A DNA stretch of 64,000 nucleotides from Planctomycetota bacterium (GTDB lineage Bacteria > Planctomycetota > UBA8108 > SXIK01): contig OZ244999.1 of assembly GCA_965223265.1 (NCBI GenBank), positions 7,040,001 through 7,104,000 on the forward strand. The letters run 5' to 3'. Position numbers and translations under genes: made by a program. Below the pieces are notes generated by a model, which was not told where the DNA came from, did not search any database, and saw only the letters and a list, made by a program, of their open reading frames with translations. Shown one piece after another: positions 46,825 to 57,539 of this stretch (within the stretch, counting starts at the first letter, position 1; each line of letters opens with the position of its first letter).

Positions 46825-47562
46825 GTGACTTCCAACGCGGCTTCGGACCCAGCCAACCGACAGAAACCTGCAGAGGGAACACCTGGAGTGAGCACGAAGG
46901 AGCGACTCCTGGATGCAGCCGAGAGCCTCTACGCGGCAGGCGGCATCGAGGCGACGTCCCTGCGCGCGATCACTGCCGCCGCCCGGGCCAACCTCGCCGC
47001 CGTCCACTACCACTTTGGCTCCAAGGAAGCTCTCACCGAGGCGGTGTTCTCACGCCGCCTCGAGCCGCTCAACCGCGAGCGCCTCGCGCTCCTCGACGAA
47101 CTTGAGGAGAAGAGTAACGACGACAGCCCACCAAGCGTCGACGACGTTCTTCGGGCCTTCCTCGGCCCGCCCATTCGGATGTCGCGCGACCGCGTCAACC
47201 AGCGCTTCATCCGTCTCATGGGACGTATGTACAGTGAAACCAGCGACGAACTCAAAAAGCAGATCGCCTTTCAGTTTCGCGAGATCATTCGCCGCTTCAG
47301 CACGGCCCTGTCGCGAGCTGCGCCCCACTTGGACGACGCCGAGATTCACTGGCGCTTTCAGTTTTCCGTCGGCGCCATGGTGCACACCGTCTGCGATCCG
47401 GTGCGACTTGAGCAGATCTCCGGTGGTCTTTGTGATCCCTCGGACGTCGATGCGACGCTGACTCGACTGGTGTCTTTTCTCGCCGCTGGGTTTCGCTCTC
47501 GCGGGCTGCCGGCAGACGCTTCGCACACCCCGCGCCTCGAAACCGACGAAGGAGCTGGGTGA
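46825..47562 (+). CDS. TetR/AcrR family regulator (PsrA-like)
   Basis: TKERLLDAAESLYA...TSLRAITAAARANLAAVHYHFGSKEAL HTH; C-terminal LVSFLAAGF. The start may be ~46888. Confidence 0.92.
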   Translation: MTSNAASDPANRQKPAEGTPGVSTKERLLDAAESLYAAGGIEATSLRAITAAARANLAAVHYHFGSKEALTEAVFSRRLEPLNRERLALLDELEEKSNDDSPPSVDDVLRAFLGPPIRMSRDRVNQRFIRLMGRMYSETSDELKKQIAFQFREIIRRFSTALSRAAPHLDDAEIHWRFQFSVGAMVHTVCDPVRLEQISGGLCDPSDVDATLTRLVSFLAAGFRSRGLPADASHTPRLETDEGAG

Positions 47563-49106
47563 TGCACGGATTGCGGCGACGACTCAACCTGGCCTTCGTA
47601 GTGTACACGTCCATCCCGCTCGCCGGGTGCGTCACTGCACCAGACATCGCGCACCCTGATCTCGACGTCGCCACTCCAGATCGATGGGGAGCGTCGCAGA
47701 GTTCGACGGGAGAAGCATCAAACTCTGGCGAGCATACACCGATCCAACCCTCCTCGGGCGTGGGAGCAATCGACGAAACGCCGACGCAGATCCCGTTCGA
47801 CTGGTGGCGCGAGTTTCAAGACCCCGAGATCGAGGCGCTCGTCTATGAAGCACTTCGCAAGAATCGAAACCTTCAAGCGACCGCAGCGCGCGTTCTCTCG
47901 GCGGCAGCTCAAGCCCGCATCGCAGGCGCGGACGCCCTGCCGCAGATCGGTTTGAACTTTAACGGTTCGCGCGACAGACGCAACTTCATCGGCCTTCCCG
48001 TTCCTGGGGGCGACGGTGTCTTGACGACGCGGTCGACAACCCTCGGACTGTCGCTCGACGTCAGCTGGGAGCTCGACGTTTGGGGGCGACTGCGATCACA
48101 AACGGGTGCCGCGATTGCTGACACCGAAGCCATCGAAGCGGACTACCATGCAGCGCAATTGTCGCTTGTCGGTCAGACCGTCAAGACGTGGTTCTCGATC
48201 CGCGAAGGGGTAAAGCAAGTCGCCCTCGCGGAAGAGACGCTCGACAGTTTTCGCGCCAGCGCCGAGCAAGTGCAGGATCGTTATGAGCGCGGCCTTCGAC
48301 CGCCTCTCGATCTGCGGCTCGCACGCACGAACGTGGCAACAGCTCAAGCGGTGCTTGAGCAGCGACGTGAAGCGGTGGACAGCCTGAACCGACAGTTCGA
48401 AGTTCTTCTGGGTCGTTACCCCAAGGGCGAGGTGCAGCGTGGAGAAGGCGACGTCCTCGCGAGTGACCTACCCCGGCTCGCACCTCAATTGCCGGCCGGG
48501 ATCCCATCGGAACTCGTCTTTCGTCGCCCGGATTTGGCGGCCGCCGAGCGTCGTTTGGCCGCGGCCGGCGCGCGAGTCGAAGCTGCTCGCGCCGGACTCT
48601 ACCCGCGCTTTAGCTTGACAGCCTCGGGTGGAACGCAAAGTGACGAGTTCGCTGATCTCTTTGATTCCGACTTTTCCGTTTGGCGCTTAGCAGGGAACAT
48701 CTTGCAGCCCATCTTTCAAGGCGGCCGATTGCTCGCCGGCGTCGACGTCGCGATCGCTTCCCAGCGTGAGGCGCTGTCCCGCTACGTGCACGCAAGTCTG
48801 GAGGCTTTCGCAGAAGTTGAATCGGCCATGGCTGCGGAAATCTTCCTCAGCCGCCGCGAAGCCGCACTCGCCGCCGCCGCCGAACAAGCCGTTGCCGCCA
48901 GCGAGCTCGCGCAGCAGAGATACACGAGCGGCCTCGACGACTTCATTACCGTGCGTGAGGCACAGCGATCCGCCTTCGAAAGTCAAAGTCAGCTGCTGGC
49001 CGTGCGGCGGCTTCGCTTGACGCGACGCGTCGATCTTTACCTTGCCCTAGGAGGCGGCTTCGTGAGAGCGACCGCGCCCCAAGCAGACACAGGAGTCCAG
49101 CGGTGA
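47559..49106 (+). CDS. TolC/NodT family efflux outer-membrane lipoprotein
   Basis: Lipobox LAGC; WWREFQDP, SWELDVWGR, RRPDLAAAE and LYLALGGG motifs. Confidence 0.92.
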   Translation: MMHGLRRRLNLAFVVYTSIPLAGCVTAPDIAHPDLDVATPDRWGASQSSTGEASNSGEHTPIQPSSGVGAIDETPTQIPFDWWREFQDPEIEALVYEALRKNRNLQATAARVLSAAAQARIAGADALPQIGLNFNGSRDRRNFIGLPVPGGDGVLTTRSTTLGLSLDVSWELDVWGRLRSQTGAAIADTEAIEADYHAAQLSLVGQTVKTWFSIREGVKQVALAEETLDSFRASAEQVQDRYERGLRPPLDLRLARTNVATAQAVLEQRREAVDSLNRQFEVLLGRYPKGEVQRGEGDVLASDLPRLAPQLPAGIPSELVFRRPDLAAAERRLAAAGARVEAARAGLYPRFSLTASGGTQSDEFADLFDSDFSVWRLAGNILQPIFQGGRLLAGVDVAIASQREALSRYVHASLEAFAEVESAMAAEIFLSRREAALAAAAEQAVAASELAQQRYTSGLDDFITVREAQRSAFESQSQLLAVRRLRLTRRVDLYLALGGGFVRATAPQADTGVQR

Positions 49107-50392
49107 GTCAAAGCAGCTCTCGTCTTGTGACACTTCTGAAAGCGGTCCTACCCGTCATCATCATCGGCATCGGCATCGGCGTCACGGTGTGGTTGATCCG
49201 CACGCGAGAAGAAGTCGTCACGGTCAAGCAGCCGCGACACGTGCCGACCGTACGTGTCGCGACGGTCAGGCCGCGAGAATTCCAGTTCCAGATCGAGACT
49301 GAGGGAACTGTCCGGCCACGAGTGGAGAGTACGCTGATTCCTGAAGTAACTGGTGTCATCGTCGAAGTAGCCCCGTCCTGGGCGAGCGGCGGTTTCTTTG
49401 CACGAGGCGACATTCTTCTGCGCATCGACCCACGAGACTACGAGCTCGCTCTCGTGCGCGCCGAGTCGGATGTCAAACGAGCTGAAGTCGCCCTGGAGCG
49501 CGAGAAGGGCGAGGCGTCCGTGGCGCGCGCGGAGTGGGAGAAACAGGGCTCGAACAGTCGAACGCCGTCGCCACTCGTCCTTCGTGAGCCTCAACTCGCC
49601 GAAGCCCGCGCACAACTCGCAGCCGCTACCGCCGCGAGAGAACAGGCGCGGATCGACCTTGAACGGACGGTGCTCAAGGCGCCCTACGCGGGCCGTATCC
49701 GATCGAAGAGTGTCGATCTCGCCCAGCACGTCTCGCGCGGAACCCCTGTCGCCGTCATCTACTCGATCGAAGCCGCGGAGATCCGTCTGCCGATTCCTGA
49801 CAGTGAGCTCGCCTTCGTTGATTTGCCGCTCGGCAGCGACATGAACGACTCGCGCAATCTAGCCGATGGAGCAGAAGGCGACAAATCAGGATCTATCGCC
49901 GGTCCGAAGGTCGTGTTGACGGCACTCTTCGCAGGCCGGGAGTTTTCGTGGACTGGGCGCATCGCGCGCACTGAAGGTGAAATCGATCCGCAAAGCCGCA
50001 TGGTTCATGCCGTCGCGGAGGTCATGAATCCCTACGCCAATGGGTCGGACCCGTCGCGCCCGCCGCTCGCGGTCGGCCTCTTCGTCAGAGCGCGGATTCA
50101 GGGTCGCCGGGCCGCTGACGTGTTCGTGCTACCACGGACGGCGCTGCGCCAAGGGGGCAAAGTTCTCGTTGTTGATACACAGTCTCGCCTCCATCTCCGC
50201 CAAGTTGAGGTCGAGAGAATTCAAGGCGAAACGGCCATCGTGAGCTCCGGACTCGAAGCCGGCGAGCGCATCTGCTTGTCGCCGCTGGAGGTGGTCGTCG
50301 ATGGCAAAACGACCGTCCGCGTCGACGCAGCGTCAAGCCAACCGGAAGTCGTTTCCGAACCACCGCAGCCTCCAACGACGCACAGCGAGTAG
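49103..50392 (+). CDS. RND efflux periplasmic adaptor subunit
   Basis: N-terminal TM; EVTGVIVEV...GDILLRIDPRDYEL; LERTVLKAPYAG; SSGLEAGERI. Confidence 0.92.
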   Translation: MSQSSSRLVTLLKAVLPVIIIGIGIGVTVWLIRTREEVVTVKQPRHVPTVRVATVRPREFQFQIETEGTVRPRVESTLIPEVTGVIVEVAPSWASGGFFARGDILLRIDPRDYELALVRAESDVKRAEVALEREKGEASVARAEWEKQGSNSRTPSPLVLREPQLAEARAQLAAATAAREQARIDLERTVLKAPYAGRIRSKSVDLAQHVSRGTPVAVIYSIEAAEIRLPIPDSELAFVDLPLGSDMNDSRNLADGAEGDKSGSIAGPKVVLTALFAGREFSWTGRIARTEGEIDPQSRMVHAVAEVMNPYANGSDPSRPPLAVGLFVRARIQGRRAADVFVLPRTALRQGGKVLVVDTQSRLHLRQVEVERIQGETAIVSSGLEAGERICLSPLEVVVDGKTTVRVDAASSQPEVVSEPPQPPTTHSE

Positions 50393-50395
50393 ACA

Positions 50396-53300
50396 ATGCT
50401 CCACCGATGGATCGATTGGTTCGCTCACAACGGCATCGCCGCGAACCTCCTCATGGTGCTCATCTTCGCCGGTGGCCTACTGACGCTGCCGCGTCTGAAG
50501 CAGGAGGTCTTTCCTGAATTCTCTTCGGATCGTATTCTCACCACCGTCGAGTACCGTGGAGCAGCGCCGGAAGAAGTCGAAGAAGGCGTCTGCGTCCGCA
50601 TCGAAGAGGCCGTGTACGGCCTGGCAGGCATCAAACGCATTACGTCCAACGCACGCGAGGGGATGGGCACCGTCAACATCGAGCTGCTCCCCGGTACCGA
50701 CACGGCCGTCCTACTCGATCAGGTCAAGGCGCGCGTCGATGCAATCGATACCTTCCCGGAGGAGACGGAACAGCCGGTCGTCGAGGAGCTGACGCTGCGC
50801 CGGCAAGTGATCGACGTTGCGGTCAGCGGCAAGACCGACGAACGCTCGCTGCGGCTCGTCGCAGAACGCGTGCGGGATGAAATCTCAGCCCTGCCGGGGA
50901 TCAGTCTGGTCAAGCTGGCCAACGCACGACCGTACGAAGTTTCCATCGAAGTCTCTGAGGAAGCGCTCCGCCGACATGGATTGACCTTCGCCGACGTCGC
51001 CCTGGCGGTGCGGCGTTCTTCTCTGGATCTTCCGGGCGGTTCGATCAAAACGCGCGGCGGCGAGATCCTGCTGCGAACCAAGGGACAAGCATACCGCGGT
51101 GACGAATTTGAGCTCCTAACTCTCATCTCACGACGGGATGGCACACGCCTACTCCTCAGCGATGTGGCCACGGTGATCGACGCGTTCGAAGACACGGAGC
51201 AAGAATCCTACTTCGACGGTGAGCGCGCCATTCTGCTGCAAGTGTTTCGCGTCGGCGATCAGAGTGCGCTCGAGATCGCTGCCACCGTGAAGGAGTACGT
51301 CGCCGCGGCTTCGACGCGTGTGCCGCACGGGATCTCACTGACGACTTGGCAAGACGACGCGGCGATTTTGGAGAGCCGCCTCGGGCTGCTCGTCAACAAC
51401 GGCCTCATGGGGCTCGCGTTTGTGTGCATCCTCTTGGCGCTCTTTTTGCGCCCAGCTCTCGCTTTTTGGGTCGCCCTCGGAATTCCGCTCAGTTTTCTCG
51501 GCTCAGTTTGGCTTCTTCCGGCGCTCGACATTTCGGTCAATCTCATCTCGCTCTTTGCGTTCATCATCGTGCTCGGCATTGTTGTCGACGATGCGATCGT
51601 GGTCGGCGAGAACGTGCATGCAGAGATGGAACGGGGAAAGTCGGCGCTCGAAGCTGCGATCACAGGAACGCGCGCAGTATCCGTTCCAGTTGTCTTTGCG
51701 ATTCTGACAACTGTAGCAGCGTTCGGACCGCTGCTCACTGTTCCCGGGAACACGGGCAAGATCATGAAAGTGATTCCCGGAATCGTGATCGCCACGCTTC
51801 TCTTTTCACTCATCGAATCACTCTTGATCCTACCCACCCACCTATCGCATTTGAGGAATCGCCCCGAACCCGGCGCGATCGGTGCCCTCTGGAACAGGTT
51901 TCAGTCGCTCGTCACCGGAGGTCTGAAGCTCCTGGTCCGCCGCGTCTACCGCCCCAGTCTCGATTTCTGTTTGCGCTGGCGCTATCTGACACTCGCCGTC
52001 GGCATCGTCACGCTCATCGTCACCGTTGGCATCGTCGCGAGCGGTCGCCTCAAGTTCGTGTTCTTTCCGCCGGTTGATGCCGACAACGTCGTGGGGTTTG
52101 TCACCATGCCACAGGGGACAGACGTTGAGACGACACGTGCTGCGGTGAAGAAGATGGAGGCAGCGGCTTTTCGGGTACGCCAGGAGCTGATCGATGCGGG
52201 AGGTCGGGGCAGGTTTGGGGAAGGAGGCGGAGGCAACGGAAGCAGAGACAGAGACAGAGACAGCGGCGGAGTTGGGGACGGACATGGGATCGTTGGGGAT
52301 CGCCGCGACGCCTACCGCCATGTCGTCAGCTCCATCGGTGGGCAACCTTATCGGGAAGCTCAGTCGCTCCGTCGTGGCCAGTCGGTCAACTTCTCGGGCT
52401 CGCACCTCGGCGAGGTCAACATCGAACTCGCTGCGGCAGAAACGCGTGGCGTGACGAGCACGACGATCGCTCGCCGCTGGCGAGAGGCTCTGGAATCCAT
52501 TCCCGATGCCATCGAAGTGGCGTTCACGTCCTCCCTCTTTTCGACCGGTGAAGCGATCAACATCCAGCTGTCGTCCGCTGACGTCGATCATCTGCAGAGC
52601 GCTGCGGCAGAGCTCAAAGAGCGGCTGGCGGGCTACCCCGGCGTCACCGATATCGCCGACTCGTTTCGTGCTGGCAAGCGCGAGCTCAAGTTGCGACTGA
52701 AGCCAGAGGCAGAGCCATTGGGACTCAGCCTTGCCGATCTCGCGCAGCAGGTCAGGCAGGGATTCTACGGTGAGGAGGTTCAGCGCATCCAGCGCGGCCG
52801 CGACGACGTGCGTGTCATGGTGCGGTACCCAGAAGCGGAGCGACGCTCACTCGCCGGACTTGAAACGATGCGGGTCCGCACCGCGCGCGGCGCAGAAGTA
52901 CCATTTTCGACCGTGGCTGCGGCCGAGCTCGGCCGTGGATACGCCGCCATCGAACGGGCGGACCGCCGCCGGACCGTCAACGTCACAGCGGACGTAGATC
53001 AAGCCCTTGCCAACGCCAACGAGATCCTCGCGGAACTGCGCTCCGGATTTCTCAGCGAGCTGTCGGCTCGCTACCCAGGACTCAGCTTCACTCTCGAGGG
53101 CGAACAGCGCGAGCAAGCAGAAACGTTCGGCGGCCTAAAAAGCGGTTTCGCCCTGGCGCTGGTCATCATTTACGCGCTGCTGGCCATCCCCTTTCGCTCA
53201 TACTTCCAACCGTTCATCGTCATGAGCGCCATCCCGTTCGGTGTCGTCGGTGTTGTCTGGGGGCATCTCATCATGGGTTTGCCGTTGACACTGCTATCGC

Positions 53301-53674
53301 TCTTCGGCCTCGTTGCACTGACCGGGGTCGTGGTGAACGACAGCTTGATCATGGTCGACTTCATCAACCGTGCACGCGCACAACACGCGCGCCTGCTCGA
53401 CGCCGTCAGGCAAGCAGGCGTGGCGCGATTCCGCCCCATCATCTTGACGTCGGTGACGACCTTCGCAGGCCTTTCTCCGCTGCTCTTCGAGCGCAGCATG
53501 CAGGCGCAGTTCCTCAAGCCGATGGCAGCGTCGCTCGGCTTCGGCGTCCTCTTCGCCACCGCGGTGACGCTCATCCTGGTGCCGGTCGGCTATCTGGTGC
53601 TCTACGACATCGGCCGGGTGTTCGGCTGGGCACGAACCGAAGAGAGGGAGAACGAGCTACAGAGAAACGCGTAG
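50396..53674 (+). CDS. RND efflux permease (AcrB/AcrD/AcrF family)
   Basis: [33 protein letters not shown] and [12 protein letters not shown] motifs; 12-TM pattern. Confidence 0.94.
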   Translation: MLHRWIDWFAHNGIAANLLMVLIFAGGLLTLPRLKQEVFPEFSSDRILTTVEYRGAAPEEVEEGVCVRIEEAVYGLAGIKRITSNAREGMGTVNIELLPGTDTAVLLDQVKARVDAIDTFPEETEQPVVEELTLRRQVIDVAVSGKTDERSLRLVAERVRDEISALPGISLVKLANARPYEVSIEVSEEALRRHGLTFADVALAVRRSSLDLPGGSIKTRGGEILLRTKGQAYRGDEFELLTLISRRDGTRLLLSDVATVIDAFEDTEQESYFDGERAILLQVFRVGDQSALEIAATVKEYVAAASTRVPHGISLTTWQDDAAILESRLGLLVNNGLMGLAFVCILLALFLRPALAFWVALGIPLSFLGSVWLLPALDISVNLISLFAFIIVLGIVVDDAIVVGENVHAEMERGKSALEAAITGTRAVSVPVVFAILTTVAAFGPLLTVPGNTGKIMKVIPGIVIATLLFSLIESLLILPTHLSHLRNRPEPGAIGALWNRFQSLVTGGLKLLVRRVYRPSLDFCLRWRYLTLAVGIVTLIVTVGIVASGRLKFVFFPPVDADNVVGFVTMPQGTDVETTRAAVKKMEAAAFRVRQELIDAGGRGRFGEGGGGNGSRDRDRDSGGVGDGHGIVGDRRDAYRHVVSSIGGQPYREAQSLRRGQSVNFSGSHLGEVNIELAAAETRGVTSTTIARRWREALESIPDAIEVAFTSSLFSTGEAINIQLSSADVDHLQSAAAELKERLAGYPGVTDIADSFRAGKRELKLRLKPEAEPLGLSLADLAQQVRQGFYGEEVQRIQRGRDDVRVMVRYPEAERRSLAGLETMRVRTARGAEVPFSTVAAAELGRGYAAIERADRRRTVNVTADVDQALANANEILAELRSGFLSELSARYPGLSFTLEGEQREQAETFGGLKSGFALALVIIYALLAIPFRSYFQPFIVMSAIPFGVVGVVWGHLIMGLPLTLLSLFGLVALTGVVVNDSLIMVDFINRARAQHARLLDAVRQAGVARFRPIILTSVTTFAGLSPLLFERSMQAQFLKPMAASLGFGVLFATAVTLILVPVGYLVLYDIGRVFGWARTEERENELQRNA

Positions 53675-53710
53675 GCTGCGCCGGGCGAGGCGAGAGGGTG
53701 CTTCGGTCGA

Positions 53711-53857
53711 CGGTCCCGGGTTTGCGTTTGCGTTTGCGTTTGCGTGGGCGTGGGCGTGGGCGTTTCCCAAAGTAGCAGGCACACAGCGAGGCTGCGAATC
53801 TTCTCAGACATGCCGTCGAAATTCACGGTCACGGTCCACGCTCACGTCCGGACGGCA
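53711..53857. repeat. Composite intergenic repeat: (GTTTGC)n/(GTGGGC)n, partial REP arm and CACGGT units
   Basis: CAAAGTAGCAGGCACAC (53768-53784) is identical to 20499-20515. GCCGTCGAAATTCACGGTCACGGTC (53812-53836) matches the sequence starting at 20144 with one mismatch. Confidence 0.8.
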
Positions 53858-53886
53858 AACAGCGACGGGGTCAGCGACCGCTCGCC

Positions 53887-56800
53887 CTACCGTCGGTACG
53901 GCGGCGGTGGGCCGATCTGGACGGCGGTCTCTCCTGGAGGAACGGCTGTCTCAACGCCATCGGTGTCACTCTCCGGCTCGCTGGATTCCTCAGACTCGTC
54001 GGACTCGTCCTCGGATTCTTCCGATGCTTCTCCGTCCCACTCCAGGATGCCCCGAGCCCGTTCCTGCTCCGCTCGCAGCAGCGCTTCAACCTCTTCCGGG
54101 CTGCGGGTCACAGTCGGCCTCAGAAACACCATCAACTCAACGTCGCGCACCATCGAATCCCGTTTCTTGAACAGCCAACCGAGGAGGGGAATGTCGCCGA
54201 GGATCGGCACCTTCCGCTCCACTTCCGACTCCTCGCGCTGCAGAATTCCGCCGAGCACGATCGTCTGACCGCTCTTGACGGATAGATCGGTGCGATAGTT
54301 CCGCGTGTCGATGATCGCCCCACCAAAGAGCGTCTCGCCGGATCGCTGTTGGGACGCCTCGACGCGGACCCTGAGCGCCACCTCGTCGTCGTTGTTGATG
54401 TGCGGTGTCAACTCGAGAATGATGCCGACGTCGATGTACTCAAACGAGTCGTTTCGAGTGCCCTCGGGTGACAGCTGACTGTCTTCGATGAACGGAATCT
54501 GCGACCCGATGAAAAGCTTGCCACGCTGATTGTCCGCGACATTGATGCGGGGTTCAGCGCGCACGCGCGTGTCGGTGTTCTTGCGCAAGAACTGCAGAAG
54601 CAAGTCGAGATCAACGGCACCTTCGATCAGCCCAGTTCGAAGCGCCCCCGGCAATTCGGTTCCACTGAAGACCTCCCGGTACGACGCGCCACTGTTCACG
54701 ATGACCGAGTCGTCGAAATCGTCGTCCTCGAACAGGCGTGCACCATCAGGCGAAAAACGCGTTCCTAAGCGCTCGCGGTCGTCCACGGAGATCTCAATGA
54801 TTTTGGCCTCGATCAACACCTGCGCTGTCGGCACGTCCATGCTGTCGACGAGCTTCAGCACCGAGGCGAACAGATGTGGATTCGTGGAGATGAGCAGAGC
54901 GTTCGTCCGGTTGTCGGGCACGACGCGGACCTTACCTATGAGCTCGCTGCCAGTACTCACGAGCCGGCCCGTCGATGTCTGACGGGGATCCTCTCGTCCG
55001 CTGCCAAGCCATGGGTAGTACGACTCCTCCACGGTTTCCTCTTCCAACTCGAATCCACGGGACATGCTGTCGTCATCTTCAGCGTTCTGTCGCTGTCGTG
55101 CCGCCTGCTGTTGTTGCCGCGGCGTCTGCCGCATGGGCGGAGCGCCGCGCTGCGCGAACAAGATGTTGATCGTGTTCGCAACCGTGGCGGCACGCGCGAA
55201 TCGCAGCGGAACGGTCACCGACGTCTCACCACCCGGTGACTGCACGTCGATCTCCGCCACCATGGCGGCGATCGCATTCAGGTTCTCGACCGAGTTGCTA
55301 GCGACGATGATTGAATTCGTCTCCGGTAAACTCGTGATTCTGACTTTGCCGTAGAGGCGTCCGATGTCCGTTTGGTCTTCCGGCTCCGGATCCCACCAAC
55401 GACGCGACCGACGTTCCTTCTTGAGGAAAAGAACGTTGAGGACGTCCTCGACGTCGTACGCCCGTACGTAGCGCAGCGGAATGATCTTGGGTACGAGCTC
55501 GTCGCCTTCGACCGGTTCGTCGAGCGTCTCGACCATCTTGGCGATCGTGTCGATCTCGGACGGCGGTGCGAGGACAATCACGGCGTTGCGTCGACGGTCG
55601 GCAACGAACTGTGTCTTGTCGCCACTCGAACGCCGTCGGTACTGGAGCCACGAGAAGTCCCACGTATTGGTGCCCTTGTTAAGGCCCGTGTAGAGCTCAA
55701 GGAGTTGTTCCGAAACCTCCTCCGCGTCGGCGCTCTGGAGCCGAAAAACCTTTAAGGTGTTGTCCTCAGCAGCCTCGGTGTCAAGTTTCTCCACGAGCGT
55801 GCGGATCTCTGCAAACTCTTCTTCGTTCGACAAGATGATGAGCGAATTCGAGCGAGCGTGCGCAGCGATCTCGCGCACTTGTTCCAAACCAGTGCCCCGT
55901 AGGCTGCGGTAGAGCGGCGCCAGGTCCTCGACGATCTCTATAGCTTCCACGAACCGCATCGGCAGGACACGCACTGCGAGATCCGCCGGCTTCGCCGTGT
56001 CGAGTTTTTCAATCAGCAACCGCACGTCACTGAGACGACGGGTCGGCACCGTGGCGATCAAGCGGTTGTTCACAGGATCGGGGATGAAACTGAACGTGCC
56101 GCCGCTAGCCGCCGGTGGACCACTCGATGGCTTCTTGCCATCACCTCCTGGTGGCTGGGGTTTCGACCCCTTCGGCGCAGCCCCACCGCCGCCCGCGAAG
56201 ACCGCGGATAACACAGTCGCCAACTCAGTCGCGACAGCATTGTGGAGCTGAAAGACGTCGGTGACCCGATCGCCGACTTCGGGGAGATCGAGGGTTTTCG
56301 CCAGCTCCTCAGCAAGACTGACGTTGTCGGCGTGATCGGTGACGATGATGACGTTCGCCTGTTCGCCGATCTGAACGTTGGCCGCAGCGGAGAGGACAGC
56401 CTTGAGTTTCGACTCGACTTTCGCGGCGCTAGCAAATTTGAGCGGTATCCTGCGGACCACACGCCGCTTACCCTCGAGCGGCGCCTCGTCGCCATCCACC
56501 CACTCCGGTGCGATTTTTGCGGCGTCGCTCTCTGGCACGATGTAGATCGCATCGCGCGTCTCGATGGCGGCGAATCCTTCGAGCGCCAAGGCTCGGTGGA
56601 CGTGCCGCACCGCCTCCGACAGCGTCAACTGCCGCGAACTCATGACGTTGAGCTGACACTGGACTTTCGGATGCTTGATGATCGTTTTGCCGCTAATCTC
56701 GCCGAGCCACTTGGCGACGAGGTCGATCTTCGCGTCCTTGAAACTAAGGTTCACAAGTCGCGCGCGGTCCATCTTACTGACGGCCGTGGTGAGCCCGGCG

Positions 56801-57036
56801 GCGCCGGCGCCGGGGTTAGCCGCCGCGGGTCGCGCGTCGGCCGGCGGTGTCGCTTCGGCGACCGCATCGTTGGCAACACCCTCCTTCCCATGGTCGCCTC
56901 CTTTTTCGGCCGGTTGCGTCGTCTGCGCACCGGTCAATGCTGAAAACACAAGAATTTGTGCGACCGCAACGAAACAAACCAGCATGAAGTGAGTCTTCGA
57001 TTTTATGTGTGATGACGAGAATCTCATTTCGTTCAC
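53887..57036 (-). CDS. gspD: Type II secretion system secretin, elongated
   Basis: N0 domain VNLSFKDAKI; repeated N-domains; QVLIEAKIIE, DVGIILELTPHIN, GQTIVLGG, KVPILGDIPLLGWLFK and ELMVFLRP secretin motifs. Confidence 0.92.
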   Translation of the reverse strand: MNEMRFSSSHIKSKTHFMLVCFVAVAQILVFSALTGAQTTQPAEKGGDHGKEGVANDAVAEATPPADARPAAANPGAGAAGLTTAVSKMDRARLVNLSFKDAKIDLVAKWLGEISGKTIIKHPKVQCQLNVMSSRQLTLSEAVRHVHRALALEGFAAIETRDAIYIVPESDAAKIAPEWVDGDEAPLEGKRRVVRRIPLKFASAAKVESKLKAVLSAAANVQIGEQANVIIVTDHADNVSLAEELAKTLDLPEVGDRVTDVFQLHNAVATELATVLSAVFAGGGGAAPKGSKPQPPGGDGKKPSSGPPAASGGTFSFIPDPVNNRLIATVPTRRLSDVRLLIEKLDTAKPADLAVRVLPMRFVEAIEIVEDLAPLYRSLRGTGLEQVREIAAHARSNSLIILSNEEEFAEIRTLVEKLDTEAAEDNTLKVFRLQSADAEEVSEQLLELYTGLNKGTNTWDFSWLQYRRRSSGDKTQFVADRRRNAVIVLAPPSEIDTIAKMVETLDEPVEGDELVPKIIPLRYVRAYDVEDVLNVLFLKKERRSRRWWDPEPEDQTDIGRLYGKVRITSLPETNSIIVASNSVENLNAIAAMVAEIDVQSPGGETSVTVPLRFARAATVANTINILFAQRGAPPMRQTPRQQQQAARQRQNAEDDDSMSRGFELEEETVEESYYPWLGSGREDPRQTSTGRLVSTGSELIGKVRVVPDNRTNALLISTNPHLFASVLKLVDSMDVPTAQVLIEAKIIEISVDDRERLGTRFSPDGARLFEDDDFDDSVIVNSGASYREVFSGTELPGALRTGLIEGAVDLDLLLQFLRKNTDTRVRAEPRINVADNQRGKLFIGSQIPFIEDSQLSPEGTRNDSFEYIDVGIILELTPHINNDDEVALRVRVEASQQRSGETLFGGAIIDTRNYRTDLSVKSGQTIVLGGILQREESEVERKVPILGDIPLLGWLFKKRDSMVRDVELMVFLRPTVTRSPEEVEALLRAEQERARGILEWDGEASEESEDESDESEESSEPESDTDGVETAVPPGETAVQIGPPPPYRR

Positions 57037-57539
57037 GGCTTCTGATCCTTTTCTTCAGCGAGGAGCGAAGGGCTTCCCATCCCGGAGTACACAGTGAGCT
57101 CTTGTTTCTTACCTTCGAATTCGATCAAGACACGATTCGTCGCGATCTTCACTACTTTGACGCCACCTAGCTCCTCTCCTTCGCGCACAAGGTCCTCTCG
57201 TCCGTCTGGCGCACGCAGCATGGCTCGCTCGCCGATCACTCCAATGAGGAGCGGCTTCGGCTTGGGTGCTTGCGGCGCCTTGCCGAGGATGCCACTCGTG
57301 ACGATGATCTCGAAGCGCGGTGGGAACGCCGGCTGAGGTCTCTTCTTAGCGCCCTCGTCGTCCGACGCAGCCACTGGAACTTCGACTTGTGACTCCGTGG
57401 ACGAACCGGGAGCGGTGTCGACAAGACGCATCTCTGGCCCCTCCTCCGCACTTGTCAGGAGGGTGAAGGCCTGCCAACCAATGATGCACGCAAGTATCAA
57501 GGCCAAGAGGCGCAGCAGTCGCACCAGCGATTCACGCAT
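57033..57539 (-). CDS. GspC/PilP-like T2SS periplasmic protein
   Basis: ATG 57539 overlaps the upstream stop; single TM; LIGVIGERAML...VREGEELGGVKVVKIATNRVLIEFEGKKQEL resembles an HR domain; lies between gspM-like and gspD. Confidence 0.65.
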   Translation of the reverse strand: MRESLVRLLRLLALILACIIGWQAFTLLTSAEEGPEMRLVDTAPGSSTESQVEVPVAASDDEGAKKRPQPAFPPRFEIIVTSGILGKAPQAPKPKPLLIGVIGERAMLRAPDGREDLVREGEELGGVKVVKIATNRVLIEFEGKKQELTVYSGMGSPSLLAEEKDQKP

